In this document: positions 38,210 to 48,821 of the stretch, one piece after another | How positions within the stretch are numbered: position 1 is the stretch's first letter | Layout: every line of letters starts with the position of its first letter | NCBI GenBank assembly: GCA_038063875.1 | Contig: JBBTUH010000002.1 | Span: 78,451-142,450, forward strand | From: Patescibacteria group bacterium | GTDB taxonomy: Bacteria; Patescibacteriota; Microgenomatia; UBA10105; UBA927 | Direction of reading: 5' to 3' | Length of the DNA stretch: 64,000 bases | The notes under the pieces: generated by a model | Told to the model about the DNA's origin: nothing | The model's database searches: none | The model's input: the letters and a program-made list of their open reading frames with translations, nothing else | Program-made: the position numbers and the translations under genes

Positions 38210-38994
38210 TTTTTCCTCTGTTGTAATTCATACAACTTTGCATATGTTACAAACATACTAAATGATTGATACATACCTTCTACAAAACCAACGACACCCA
38301 CCCTCCACCCTCCACGTTTAAAATATGAATCACAAAATCCAGTCATCATAACGCGTATAATTCTCCACCATACGACAGGTGGATGACCCGACTCAAATCG
38401 AAGTCTTGCCTCAGTAGCGGACCATATATTCGTTTTTTCTACCATATGAGATAAAGATCGATGCGTATCGTGCCTCAACACGCCTACAAGATGTCCGACA
38501 CGCCCTTTTATAATTGGCGTCTCGTGAACGTCACCCTGCCAGTTGACCAGCGCCGATTTCCTGATAAGTCTGACCATATGCTCTATATCTGGAAATTGAA
38601 CTCCTAAATATCTATTAACACGGTCAATACTATATGCCCCATAGCTACCATCGTCACTATCCAATGTCATATGTATATTTTCTCTAAGCTCTTGTGATAC
38701 TTGCTCATCCGCATCAATATAGAGAAGCCACTCGGTCTTAGCCTCACCTACTGCGCTATTTCGCAAATGAGCAAAAGAAACACTTGTCTCTGACAACACA
38801 CGAGCATGAAATTTCGTGGCTTTCGCCTTTGTAGTATCAGTCGAACCGTTGTCGATGACTATTATGTCATCACAAAAAGAAAGCGATCGAAGACATTCTT
38901 CAATTCGATCTTCTTCATTTTTAGCCAAAATTATTGCGCTAATTCGCGGTATTTTTTGGATCATATTGCTTACCCCACTTACCAATACATGCAT
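38206..38994 (-). CDS. GT2-family glycosyltransferase
   Basis: Motifs seen are ISAIILAKNEEDRIEECL and IIVIDNGSTDTT. Confidence 0.75.
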   Translation of the reverse strand: MHVLVSGVSNMIQKIPRISAIILAKNEEDRIEECLRSLSFCDDIIVIDNGSTDTTKAKATKFHARVLSETSVSFAHLRNSAVGEAKTEWLLYIDADEQVSQELRENIHMTLDSDDGSYGAYSIDRVNRYLGVQFPDIEHMVRLIRKSALVNWQGDVHETPIIKGRVGHLVGVLRHDTHRSLSHMVEKTNIWSATEARLRFESGHPPVVWWRIIRVMMTGFCDSYFKRGGWRVGVVGFVEGMYQSFSMFVTYAKLYELQQRKK

Positions 38995-39859
38995 CTATCA
39001 CAGCCTGGCGTTTAATCTTACCTCCTGTATATAAAAATCCGAGCGCCTCCCTTATAAGCGCGATCTTCGTTCTCAAGGGCGCATACCGCAACCCAACCAA
39101 TAATCTATTCCGCGTCATGTAGTATTCATGAAGCGTGTTTCCCGCTCCTCCGGATGAACCTGCGTTTACATGCCAAACTCTCGATGTTGGTATATACAGC
39201 AAGCGGAATCCCGCTCGCTGAATTCGTATACAATAATCCAAATCCTCAAGATATAAATAATACTTTTCATCGAGCATTCCCACACGCTCGATAACATCAC
39301 GAGAAATCATAAACGAACATCCTGTCACAAAGTGAGTTTCTTTTGGCGTATCATATTGTCCGTAATCGACCTCATCTACCCCATTGTGGGATGCATACAT
39401 ATTTGCCCAATCGACAAGTCCCCCTGCATACCAAAGCACCTTTCCTTGCTGATCTTTTGTGTACCGCTCTCTATGATATTCATGACCTTTTTGAAAATAA
39501 ATTTTTGAGCCAGCTACCCCAACGGAAGCATCATCAAACATCGTTACCAATGAAAGTGCATCCACATCTACGATCGTATCGTTATTTAACAACCATACGA
39601 GGTCAGCCTTATGAGACAAAGCGTCTTTCATACCTACATTATTGCCCCCTGTAAATCCAAGATTATTTTGTAGAGAGATGATGCGCACCCATGGATGTGC
39701 CTTTTGTATTAAAGCGACGGAATTATTGGTAGATCCATTGTCAACGACAATCGTATCAAGTACTATCTGAGATTTTTTCATAGCCTTAATAGAGGCTAAA
39801 CATGCAATAGTGTCGTTTTTGCCATTCCAATTTACTATAACGATAGAAACATGTTTCAT
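38939..39859 (-). CDS. GT2-family glycosyltransferase (WbbL/rhamnosyltransferase-like subtype, tentative)
   Basis: Motifs seen are VSIVIVNWNGKNDTIACL, VVDNGSTNNS and VAGSKIYF. Confidence 0.65.
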   Translation of the reverse strand: MKHVSIVIVNWNGKNDTIACLASIKAMKKSQIVLDTIVVDNGSTNNSVALIQKAHPWVRIISLQNNLGFTGGNNVGMKDALSHKADLVWLLNNDTIVDVDALSLVTMFDDASVGVAGSKIYFQKGHEYHRERYTKDQQGKVLWYAGGLVDWANMYASHNGVDEVDYGQYDTPKETHFVTGCSFMISRDVIERVGMLDEKYYLYLEDLDYCIRIQRAGFRLLYIPTSRVWHVNAGSSGGAGNTLHEYYMTRNRLLVGLRYAPLRTKIALIREALGFLYTGGKIKRQAVIDACIGKWGKQYDPKNTAN

Positions 39860-40776
39860 AATGGCATAAAGCGACCTACGCGGCGTGTTAGTTTATACCA
39901 CATACGGAGGAATGGATTTTTCGTCTCTGCCATTTTTGCTGAAAGCAACCAATAGCTGATGTCTTTATATCTTCTGGTAAGCTCTTTGGAAACTGCGACA
40001 AGCGAAGTATCTTTCTCCATAAACCCTTCTTTTTCCCAAAGCTTGGCAAATACTAAAAACATATAAAATGCCTGAAACACAGACAATATAAGACCATGCA
40101 ATCCATCTTTGTATCCCTTTTGGAAAAAATAAAGCTTCACAAAATCTGAAAGTGGGAATCGTAATGCATCGTACCATGCCACAACATACCCTGATTTTTC
40201 AAGCCTACTCACCTCGCTTGGTATATAAATATGTTCCATCTTATAGAGAAACTGATCGATCGAGTTGTAGTTATAGTGGGTAAATGGCGACTCAAGTACC
40301 TCCGTCTTACCCTCGACCTGTACATATTCGTGAACATGATGTTCTAAAAATCTTCCTTTTCCTTTTCGAAATAACCGAAGTTGTACATCTGGCCACCATA
40401 CCCCATGACGTATCCATTTTCCAAAGATGATGTTTTTACGAGGAATCCAATATCCGTCAACAAGTGCAGTATCGGCCGTAAGAATTTTTTTAATTTCGCG
40501 TATGAGTTCTTCTGTCAATTCTTCATCATCATCCAAATTTAATATCCAATCTGTTTTTACTTTAGAAAACCCATAATTTTTATTAACATTTAACATCAAA
40601 GAATTTGGACGCTCAATAAGTGTTGCCTTATAGCTTTTTGCGACAGTAATGGTTTCACTATCAAAACCGCTCGATACGACAATTATTTCTGGATGCAATG
40701 GGAGGACCGATTGCAAACAACGATCTAAATGTATCGATCTTTTATACGTTGATACCACGACAGTACATTTTGTCAT
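39856..40776 (-). CDS. GT2-family glycosyltransferase
   Basis: Motifs seen are CTVVVSTYKRSIHLDRCL and NLDDDEEL (DXD-like). Confidence 0.65.
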   Translation of the reverse strand: MTKCTVVVSTYKRSIHLDRCLQSVLPLHPEIIVVSSGFDSETITVAKSYKATLIERPNSLMLNVNKNYGFSKVKTDWILNLDDDEELTEELIREIKKILTADTALVDGYWIPRKNIIFGKWIRHGVWWPDVQLRLFRKGKGRFLEHHVHEYVQVEGKTEVLESPFTHYNYNSIDQFLYKMEHIYIPSEVSRLEKSGYVVAWYDALRFPLSDFVKLYFFQKGYKDGLHGLILSVFQAFYMFLVFAKLWEKEGFMEKDTSLVAVSKELTRRYKDISYWLLSAKMAETKNPFLRMWYKLTRRVGRFMPL

Positions 40777-40777
40777 A

Positions 40778-42220
40778 CTAGCCTTTCAAAGATTTCACAA
40801 ACGAACGAATATGCTCTCGATCAATAAGCCATACACACCCTGCATAAAGTATAACACCCATAAGTCCTACGCCGGTAAGGTTGACATACGTATTTGGCAC
40901 AAACCGTAACACGACGCCATACCATGCTGCCTGAAAAAGAGCGGCCACTACGGCAGAATATGTATTTGGCAAAAATTGAAAGGCGACAATCTTTTGCATC
41001 TCTCGTACGACAATACCGATGGTAAATGTAATAAGAAAAATCGATAACGCCACGCCTTGATACCCGAAGAAATAAATGAAGAGAACTGTAAGCACCCATG
41101 TAAGCGTTGTCCACATCACCATCAATAACAAAGTGGTCTTGATCTTTCCTATCGCATTTAATGCGTTGGTAAGAGGTGTTGTAAGACCAGCGATAGCTGC
41201 CGCACCGACAAAAAGATAAAACGACAATAAAGCAGGCTCCCATTTGTTATATTTCGGGATCAAAAATACAAGTGGCCGCACAAAAAATAATAATGCGACA
41301 GAGATAGGAAAAATGGTCAAAGACAAACCATATATCGTTTTTTCAAGAGCCTTTCCTAAAAGTTTTTTATCATGCTGTATACGTGAAAAAGCTGGAAATG
41401 TCACGCGCACGACGCTGTCCATAATAAGTCGCAGAGGTACTTCTGCCCATTTTTTTGCCCACCCCAAATATCCAACCTGCGAAAACGGTAACACTTTACC
41501 AAGAAAAACAATCAACAAATCATCTTTTACCAATGCGAGAAAAGAATTGAGTTGAAATGGTACACCGAAACGTAAAAGTCTTCGTGCAACCACTGTTGAT
41601 ATACCAAGACTTGGAACCCACGGCTCTACGATATATACCGTGATAACACCTAAAATCCCACGGGCTAACACAGCGTACGAAAAGCTTGTAATTCCCATGC
41701 CCTTCCAAGCCAAATAGACCGCTACAACATAAAATCCAATCGTCTCTACTATCGTAGGAATCACTAAACGATTAAACGATAATGATCTCTCCATAAGTAT
41801 GGAAGGAATAGTCTTTAATGACGAGAGAAAAAATGAAATAACAAGCGCACGAAATAACCATACCCCTGACTCGTCCAGTGCATAAAAATTCGCCACTTGT
41901 TGAGAAAAAACAAGGGCTACAATCACAACAGCTCCCACTAAGAGCTGTTGAATGGTAAAGGTCGTTTGTATATCTTCTTTTGTCAGTTCTTCTTTTTTCT
42001 GCACCAATGCAGCCGCAAGTCCAATGTCTGAGAAATACCCCAAAAACGAAATCACTGCAGAAACAACATAATACACGCCAAAAATAGAAGGTGTTAAAAG
42101 AAGTGTTAAGAAAAATGTTGCAATAAATCCAATAATCTGCAGAGTAAAGGTACGAGCCGTGAGTGCGACCACGCCTTTGACCGATCGGGACTTGATGGTA
42201 GAAATAGTAGGCTCTGTCAT
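40778..42220 (-). CDS. Wzx-like oligosaccharide flippase of the MOP/polysaccharide-biosynthesis family
   Basis: It is 480 aa and polytopic, with about 12 or more transmembrane segments. It lies immediately downstream of a DPM1-like GT2 gene with an ATGA overlap. Confidence 0.65.
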   Translation of the reverse strand: MTEPTISTIKSRSVKGVVALTARTFTLQIIGFIATFFLTLLLTPSIFGVYYVVSAVISFLGYFSDIGLAAALVQKKEELTKEDIQTTFTIQQLLVGAVVIVALVFSQQVANFYALDESGVWLFRALVISFFLSSLKTIPSILMERSLSFNRLVIPTIVETIGFYVVAVYLAWKGMGITSFSYAVLARGILGVITVYIVEPWVPSLGISTVVARRLLRFGVPFQLNSFLALVKDDLLIVFLGKVLPFSQVGYLGWAKKWAEVPLRLIMDSVVRVTFPAFSRIQHDKKLLGKALEKTIYGLSLTIFPISVALLFFVRPLVFLIPKYNKWEPALLSFYLFVGAAAIAGLTTPLTNALNAIGKIKTTLLLMVMWTTLTWVLTVLFIYFFGYQGVALSIFLITFTIGIVVREMQKIVAFQFLPNTYSAVVAALFQAAWYGVVLRFVPNTYVNLTGVGLMGVILYAGCVWLIDREHIRSFVKSLKG

Positions 42221-42972
42221 ACTTCAAGATGCTCCCATGGTCGTGTGATAAATATGCGATACAGTCCCTTTATATCCCCAAACGCAGTTTTTAATACACG
42301 CACAGTGGACCCTGGATTATCAACCCAACGCACTGGTTCTTCAAAAATTCGTATGCCACTTTTTTCTGCAATCACCAGAAGCTCTGTATCAAAAAACCAC
42401 TCATCATCTTTGACGTGTGGAAGAATTGCTTTCGCAACTCTTGACGACATAGCCTTAAATCCGCACTGTGCATCTGAAAAATTAACAAAAAAGAATACCT
42501 TAATAAGAACGATATACAATTTTGATGTAATAGTTCGCAAAACTGATCTCCCATACACAAGTGACCCTTTTGCGTTACGTGTACCAATCGCGATATCATA
42601 CCCACGCGATAGCGCATGTACGAGCGATGGGAGATGACGCAAATCACTTGATAAATCAATATCCATGTAACTGACAAACTCAGCAGTGCTCGTGAGCCAA
42701 GCTTTTTTCACTACTCTCCCGCGACCTTTTTCCTTGAAATGCACAGCTTGTACTATCGAATATTTTTCCGATAGCTCTTTGGCTATCTGAAAAGTCATGT
42801 CTATTGATGCGTTATCAGCGATGACGATACGCACAAGATACTCTTTCATATACTGTGTTACAAACGAAACAAGGGTTTGCACACTTGAAGAGAGCTCTTT
42901 TTCTTCGTTATATACAGGTAAGACAATATCAAGCGTTGTTTTTTTCATATCGTATAAAGAGTAACGCTGCAC
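42217..42972 (-). CDS. GT2-family glycosyltransferase, DPM1/GtrB-like putative polyprenyl-phosphate sugar synthase
   Basis: Motifs seen are LDIVLPVYNEEKEL, IADNASIDMT, YMDIDLSSDL and AQCGFKAM. Confidence 0.65.
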   Translation of the reverse strand: MQRYSLYDMKKTTLDIVLPVYNEEKELSSSVQTLVSFVTQYMKEYLVRIVIADNASIDMTFQIAKELSEKYSIVQAVHFKEKGRGRVVKKAWLTSTAEFVSYMDIDLSSDLRHLPSLVHALSRGYDIAIGTRNAKGSLVYGRSVLRTITSKLYIVLIKVFFFVNFSDAQCGFKAMSSRVAKAILPHVKDDEWFFDTELLVIAEKSGIRIFEEPVRWVDNPGSTVRVLKTAFGDIKGLYRIFITRPWEHLEV

Positions 42973-44593
42973 ACACTACCGTAAGAATACTTATTACATT
43001 ACCGACTCGTTGAACTGGTGTGTCCGATAAACGCAATTCTATCATGCTAGAACCTCGCAAAACATGAATAATCGGAAAACCATTCACCACCCTAGGAGTG
43101 ATTTCATTTCCATTGACAAAATAATGCCAACCGACAAACCATGTCTTGGCCACTGTTATATTTTGATCAACAGAGGACTGAATCATTGCTTTAAGATAAT
43201 TCGACCGATCTGTGAGTATATCTTTGGTAACTGAATTCTCCGCCTGAAACACAACGCTTTTCACCTCAGAGAGACTCTGTGGTCGAATTATATCTCTAGG
43301 TAAATATTCATCCGATATTTTTGATACTCGAAAATGCAACTCTTCTTTGGATGTGTACGCCTCAAGAGGTCTTGCCACAAACCGCTGTGGGCTAAACTCA
43401 TCGCTACTTACGACAAGCACCAAAACTATAATCAAAACAGCCAGTATTCTTCGAACAAACGACCCACTGTTTGAGAATGCATATCCACATACAACAGCAA
43501 TCCCAAATGTAGCGATGCTTAAAAATCTCCACGGATATTGGATATATGAAAAATTCACAATACGATCCCATATCAGAGACGATGGTGCCGACATAAAAAA
43601 TAACGCCACCCACGTGAGGACAATCCCTACCAACATGGCAACAGATTTCTGTGAAGGTCGAAATCGATGAGCCCAAAATATAAAAATCCCATAGAAAAAC
43701 AATGCGAGCTGCATCGTACCAATTTTAAAAGACATACCATCCACACATCCAAGAGTAGAACCCCCAAAACCCCACGGCGAATACAAAAACTGAGATGCGC
43801 AAACAAAATGATCTTTGAAATTAGCAGAACCACTAATCTGACTTGAAACACTTGTATACCCCATCTCAAAGACAGCAGGAAGCCAAAAGAATGCACTAAG
43901 CAGTAATCCTACCAAAACTTGGCAGACGTAAGAGAAAAGCGCTGGTATATATTTCTTCTTCCCAAAAAATGAAACTAGCGTATAGAGTATTATCCATACG
44001 CTATAGAGAACGACAGAAACGTATCCTATTATCGTATGGGACAAGATCGTTAGAGCTATGCCAAGACTTCCTATTGCGATTGATCGATGGTGTATCTTTC
44101 CTAAAAGTGGGGTGAGGAGTCCATAAAAAATTAAAGGCAAAAATGCCGTAGCATATAACTCTCCCACTGCCCCGCGCACATATAATTGCACAGCATGATA
44201 CGGCGCGTACATAAAAAGTATTGATGAAAGGGAAGCTGCCAAAACGCCGAAAAATGGCGTAAGGACAACAAATGCTAACGCAGGCGCCAAAATCATTCCT
44301 ATGCCCATCATTATTTTTGTAGCATACAGAGCAGGAAATCCTATATTCACCAATATGCCCCCGATATAATATGGAAGCGGACCGTAATAATTAAACAACG
44401 GATAGCCATACCCGTATCCTAAATCACCCACCCAACGAACAGGAAACTGACCATCTAAGAGAGATCTACTCATACCTATCACACGCCCGACTTGTGTATC
44501 ATCATGTATAGGAAAATATGCGGACCCAAAAAGTGGTACAACGGCAAATACCGATAAGAATATGACAGCGATAAAAATAATAAATTTTTTCAT
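42929..44593 (-). CDS. Large polytopic membrane protein, PF10131-like putative GT-C glycosyltransferase (paralog)
   Basis: The N-terminal motif is YFPIHDDTQVGRVIGMSRSLLDGQFPVRWVGDLGYGYGYPLFNYYGPLPY. Confidence 0.55.
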   Translation of the reverse strand: MKKFIIFIAVIFLSVFAVVPLFGSAYFPIHDDTQVGRVIGMSRSLLDGQFPVRWVGDLGYGYGYPLFNYYGPLPYYIGGILVNIGFPALYATKIMMGIGMILAPALAFVVLTPFFGVLAASLSSILFMYAPYHAVQLYVRGAVGELYATAFLPLIFYGLLTPLLGKIHHRSIAIGSLGIALTILSHTIIGYVSVVLYSVWIILYTLVSFFGKKKYIPALFSYVCQVLVGLLLSAFFWLPAVFEMGYTSVSSQISGSANFKDHFVCASQFLYSPWGFGGSTLGCVDGMSFKIGTMQLALFFYGIFIFWAHRFRPSQKSVAMLVGIVLTWVALFFMSAPSSLIWDRIVNFSYIQYPWRFLSIATFGIAVVCGYAFSNSGSFVRRILAVLIIVLVLVVSSDEFSPQRFVARPLEAYTSKEELHFRVSKISDEYLPRDIIRPQSLSEVKSVVFQAENSVTKDILTDRSNYLKAMIQSSVDQNITVAKTWFVGWHYFVNGNEITPRVVNGFPIIHVLRGSSMIELRLSDTPVQRVGNVISILTVVCAALLFIRYEKNNA

Positions 44594-46122
44594 GATCGAC
44601 GACTAATCGTATATATCCATACAAGATACATGACACCAAATGCAAAAGAAATGATATCCGTAATTAACCGAAATCCAGTTTCACGAAATGATGCTTCTAG
44701 CTTACGGCTTCCCGCAGAAACATTCACGCGCATTACTCCATGAGTATTTGTATAGTCAATCGGCGTAAGCTTTCCATCTATAGTCACTCCCCATCCTGGA
44801 TAATAAATAGTATTTATTTGAACGATGCTGTCTGACCGTGCCTCAACAATGCCATCAATATACTGCGGTGTTTCTTTGCCCGAAAAATATGTTGCATCAC
44901 CTGAGTGTACTTCTACTTTTTTACTCGCGCGAGTGGTTTGGATAACTTGCACCCATCTGGGCATATATTCATTTTTCACAGTCGTCGTACCCTCATTTGT
45001 GCTGTAATACCCCTCAATGCGATCGCTATATCGAATCTTTGTTTGTTGAAAAAGTGTATACCCTCCTAATGCAATGAGCATAATGATAAAAATATATATT
45101 CTGCTCTTCTTTTGCACCAGAGACATAGCGGCTGATATGCCAACAGCTCCGATCATCGTGCTTACGGATAAAAATCTATAGGGAAACTGGATAAATGACG
45201 ATAAGGAAGGCACGCTGCTCCATAAAACAGCACTGATTGGGAGAGAAAGGATAGATGCCAGAAGTACAATGATCGCGCAAGCGCGTTCAAATGCTGTAAA
45301 TTTTGCACGTCGTATGAATAAAATATAGAGTGCGGCAAGTACCCCAACGCCTAAAAGCCACCAATTTTTGACCGTTATAAAATATGTAAACGTATCGGCT
45401 ACACTCACTCGATCAAAGATAACAAATCGTCTTTCAAAAAGAGCAGGAAGCCAAAAAAATGTCGCCATACCGACACCGATAATCATGCCCTTTATAAATA
45501 CCCATGGTTTAGGCTGCAATCCGACAAGAAGCCAAAGCGGAGCCACAAACAATAACGCCAGTGAATTATGACCCAAAATAAGAACAGCCGTGGCTATCGG
45601 AACGATCCAATACACATGTGCCATAATCCCATACAAGAGCATGCTCGCCGGCAAAAATGCAAAAATTTCTCCGACAGATCCGCGGGTAAATACATCAAAT
45701 GTTACGTACGGACTAAGCACAAAAGATGCCGCCCCGCCAAGAGATGAAAGCGTTTCATATTTTTTCCGCAGAGCCAAATACAAAAAACTACCAGAGCCGA
45801 TAATAGAAATTGCAAAAATTATTTTTATCACATCAACAAAAGAAAATCCCAAAAATCGAAAAAAAGAACCTACATAAAGAAATCCGGGATACAAAAAATT
45901 GGAAACGGGATACCCGTAATTATGGTATAAGCGACCCAAAAATCTCACAGGGAATTGACCATCTGCCAAACTTTGATAAAACGCAGACAATCGGATGACC
46001 ATCCAATCACCATCATCTGTGATAAAAAATCCATGCCTAAAAAGTGGCCACAAAAGTACTATAGAGACTGCGATCACTCCCGCAAATCCAATCAGGAAAC
46101 CATACGTTTTTCGCTTCTTCAT
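44590..46122 (-). CDS. Large polytopic membrane protein, PF10131-like putative GT-C glycosyltransferase (tandem paralog)
   Basis: The N-terminal motif is FFITDDGDWMVIRLSAFYQSLADGQFPVRFLGRLYHNYGYPVSNFLYP. Confidence 0.55.
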   Translation of the reverse strand: MKKRKTYGFLIGFAGVIAVSIVLLWPLFRHGFFITDDGDWMVIRLSAFYQSLADGQFPVRFLGRLYHNYGYPVSNFLYPGFLYVGSFFRFLGFSFVDVIKIIFAISIIGSGSFLYLALRKKYETLSSLGGAASFVLSPYVTFDVFTRGSVGEIFAFLPASMLLYGIMAHVYWIVPIATAVLILGHNSLALLFVAPLWLLVGLQPKPWVFIKGMIIGVGMATFFWLPALFERRFVIFDRVSVADTFTYFITVKNWWLLGVGVLAALYILFIRRAKFTAFERACAIIVLLASILSLPISAVLWSSVPSLSSFIQFPYRFLSVSTMIGAVGISAAMSLVQKKSRIYIFIIMLIALGGYTLFQQTKIRYSDRIEGYYSTNEGTTTVKNEYMPRWVQVIQTTRASKKVEVHSGDATYFSGKETPQYIDGIVEARSDSIVQINTIYYPGWGVTIDGKLTPIDYTNTHGVMRVNVSAGSRKLEASFRETGFRLITDIISFAFGVMYLVWIYTISRRS

Positions 46123-47681
46123 AATATATGTGATGGAGGGAGCTCTATCGTATACAATCGCATATACTTTCCTTCACGTTTGCCTTTTTCATACTGCCCC
46201 AAAAGCGTCACGTACCAATCTTTTGGAGGTGTTTGTTTCTCATTGAGCACTAAATATGTGGGTCCTTTTTGTATCGCTTCTATAACTTGTGTTGGCACAC
46301 TATCAGGAAGCGGCCAAATACCAACAATTGTTATATTAGGATTTGATACCAAATAAATTTCAAGTGCATACGGAAGCAGTCCAAAAGTGCCATCAGTAAA
46401 TACCGTTATATGATGGTTGTTTGCTTCAGTTTTTAAAAATGATACAACGTGGGGAATACCCCAACCAGATGGCCAATCTTCTAGATATTGCGCCCTATCT
46501 GAAAACGGCAACGGTGCGTTCCATGGATCTCTAATAACCACGTAGCTTACCATCGAGCTAGGAACTATCAGTACAAACACAAAGACCACCTTTACAATCG
46601 GTCGTCTCATCCGTTCCCAAATTTTTACAATTGTATCTGCGGCAACGATAAAAAGTGGTATAGTCATAAAAAGCGTGAACCGTGGATAGAGAACTTTTGC
46701 AAAAGTCGCAAGTCCGACAAAGGGAATTGCCCACCACATATACAAAACTAAGCGTTCTCGCCATTTTGTCGTTATAAAAAACAGTGGTGCAAATGAAGCT
46801 ATAAATATTGGCAACGTCAAATATGAACGCAACCAATCAAACATCCCACGCATGTTCCCTACCAAATATCGAAACGGCTGATCAAACCACTCTGAGAGAG
46901 TAAAGAGAAATACACTATCCTTTTGACCCACCATGTGGAAAAATGGTGACAGCCTAAGCACACTATAGACAGCTTGCGACAACACAAAAGACACCACAAC
47001 AAGTCCTACAAATCGTACGAGTCGAAAAAGTACCTTTTCCTTTTTAAAGTCAAACAATAGTGTGCTAAATGGCAACAAATAGAGGCTAAGAAATCCTGAG
47101 CTTTTGTTGAGCATCCCAGCGCCCAAAAGTAACCCCAATAACAATGCAGTATCAAGTCTGCCTTTACGTACCAAAATAATCGTAAGATACAGATTCCAAA
47201 TCGAAAACATCGACACCATAGAGTCATAGAGCGCCATACGGTCATACAGAAGCGTAAACGGCGACAAAAGATATAGAGCTGACGCAACAAACGCGACACG
47301 AACACTTGTAAATAAGATATACGTCACAGCCCATATTCCCAAAAGCGTCCCAAAACCAGCCACGACAGACGTAAGTCGACCTACAAATAACGGATCAGCA
47401 TCTACCAGCTTAAGAAGCATCATTATTACCCACGTAAACATGGGTTGTTTGCCATCAGTCAACGAAATAAATCGCCAATTCGCATCCTGACTTCCAATTT
47501 GTGACCATCGGATATAAATAGCTTCATCGGTAAATATGGGGAGCGCCGTCAAATTCGTGAGGCGAGTGACTACATAAAACCCCACCATAGCCAAAGCTAC
47601 CAGAACAATGCCAAAGAAGCGCTTTTTGTTACCCTGCATACTCTTAATTATATCGAATTGGGGACAATACAAGCAAACCAA
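46119..47681 (-). CDS. ArnT/PMT-type GT-C membrane glycosyltransferase
   Basis: The N-terminal motif is LTALPIFTDEAIYIRWSQIG, a DE motif. The protein is 520 aa and polytopic. Confidence 0.55.
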   Translation of the reverse strand: MVCLYCPQFDIIKSMQGNKKRFFGIVLVALAMVGFYVVTRLTNLTALPIFTDEAIYIRWSQIGSQDANWRFISLTDGKQPMFTWVIMMLLKLVDADPLFVGRLTSVVAGFGTLLGIWAVTYILFTSVRVAFVASALYLLSPFTLLYDRMALYDSMVSMFSIWNLYLTIILVRKGRLDTALLLGLLLGAGMLNKSSGFLSLYLLPFSTLLFDFKKEKVLFRLVRFVGLVVVSFVLSQAVYSVLRLSPFFHMVGQKDSVFLFTLSEWFDQPFRYLVGNMRGMFDWLRSYLTLPIFIASFAPLFFITTKWRERLVLYMWWAIPFVGLATFAKVLYPRFTLFMTIPLFIVAADTIVKIWERMRRPIVKVVFVFVLIVPSSMVSYVVIRDPWNAPLPFSDRAQYLEDWPSGWGIPHVVSFLKTEANNHHITVFTDGTFGLLPYALEIYLVSNPNITIVGIWPLPDSVPTQVIEAIQKGPTYLVLNEKQTPPKDWYVTLLGQYEKGKREGKYMRLYTIELPPSHIL

Positions 47682-47689
47682 AGGGAATA

Positions 47690-48772
47690 CTATTTTTTAA
47701 ACCTAACCTGTGAAGCGAAAAATGCCACGAGCGATCCTACTACCGCGATAAAGATAATACTTGTTTTAAGGTACTGTGATTGCGTAGTATAGCTTCCGGT
47801 GTACAGGTATGGAACATAAGAAAGAAGTAAGCCTACAGAGAGAATACTAAATGCGCTATAGACCCCTTTGCGATTCGGATCTAGTGCGACAAATGGGAGT
47901 ACCCAAACAAGATACCATGGGAGAAATTCTCGCTTTATGACAGCAACAGTTAGACCTACCATCATTGCCAAAAACATAAGCACCTTATCAGGCTTTATCG
48001 CATACAACGGTACAAGTGTTAGTGTCATGAGCTTTGCCGCGATGGACATAGAAAGCCAAAACCATGAAGCAATCATATCCTTGTGGGACAAATACCAAAA
48101 ACTCACCAGCATAAACGCTACAAGCACGATATCATTGTGAGAGCTTACCAATGTTTCTACAATAATAAGCGGATTGAGGGCAAACATCGCAAGTCCATAT
48201 GTCGCGTCAGCAGCCCGCTCTTTCTTTAGAATTTTTTCAATCATCAAACATGAAAGGAGATAAAAGAGTGCAATCAATGCTTTCATATTTATCATGATCA
48301 AAATAAAATACCCAAACCCCAATACATATGGGACCAACGACAAAAGTATCCATAATGGGGCGTAGGCACTCGATAAATGCGTCCATCGCATAAAATTTAA
48401 CCATGGATCAACTCCTGCAAACATAAGTGGCGTGACCATATATGGATTCTTATGGTACAAAAGCACTGTTTTTGCTGTAAACATATAGTTAAAGAAATCA
48501 TAGGAAAATGCTGCTGGGTATGAAATAACAAGCGTCACGACAAGAATAAATATCACCTTCCAAACGAACGATCGATCAAAAATTCCCTTCTTTACACGAG
48601 CCAAAACAGTGACATACAAAAGAAAAAATAACGTAAGAATCGCTATATAAAGAAATGAAGACAGCGGACGATTATAGTATCCTATATATTGAAACGATCT
48701 TTGCACTGTCTGTACGAGACTTGCCCGGGAAAGCGTCAAATTCAAATCGACCTGCGTATAAGAATACATCAA
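47690..48772 (-). CDS. Polytopic membrane protein of about 360 aa, putative membrane glycosyltransferase (paralog of 12079..13179)
   Basis: The motif NPLIIVETLVSSHNDIVLVAFMLVSFWY matches NPLVIIETFVSGHNDTFMMALVLYG in gene 12079..13179. Confidence 0.45.
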   Translation of the reverse strand: MMYSYTQVDLNLTLSRASLVQTVQRSFQYIGYYNRPLSSFLYIAILTLFFLLYVTVLARVKKGIFDRSFVWKVIFILVVTLVISYPAAFSYDFFNYMFTAKTVLLYHKNPYMVTPLMFAGVDPWLNFMRWTHLSSAYAPLWILLSLVPYVLGFGYFILIMINMKALIALFYLLSCLMIEKILKKERAADATYGLAMFALNPLIIVETLVSSHNDIVLVAFMLVSFWYLSHKDMIASWFWLSMSIAAKLMTLTLVPLYAIKPDKVLMFLAMMVGLTVAVIKREFLPWYLVWVLPFVALDPNRKGVYSAFSILSVGLLLSYVPYLYTGSYTTQSQYLKTSIIFIAVVGSLVAFFASQVRFKK

Positions 48773-48821
48773 TAACGATAAAGCAGCTATTGTATATCCA
48801 ATAATAACAATGCGAGATAAT

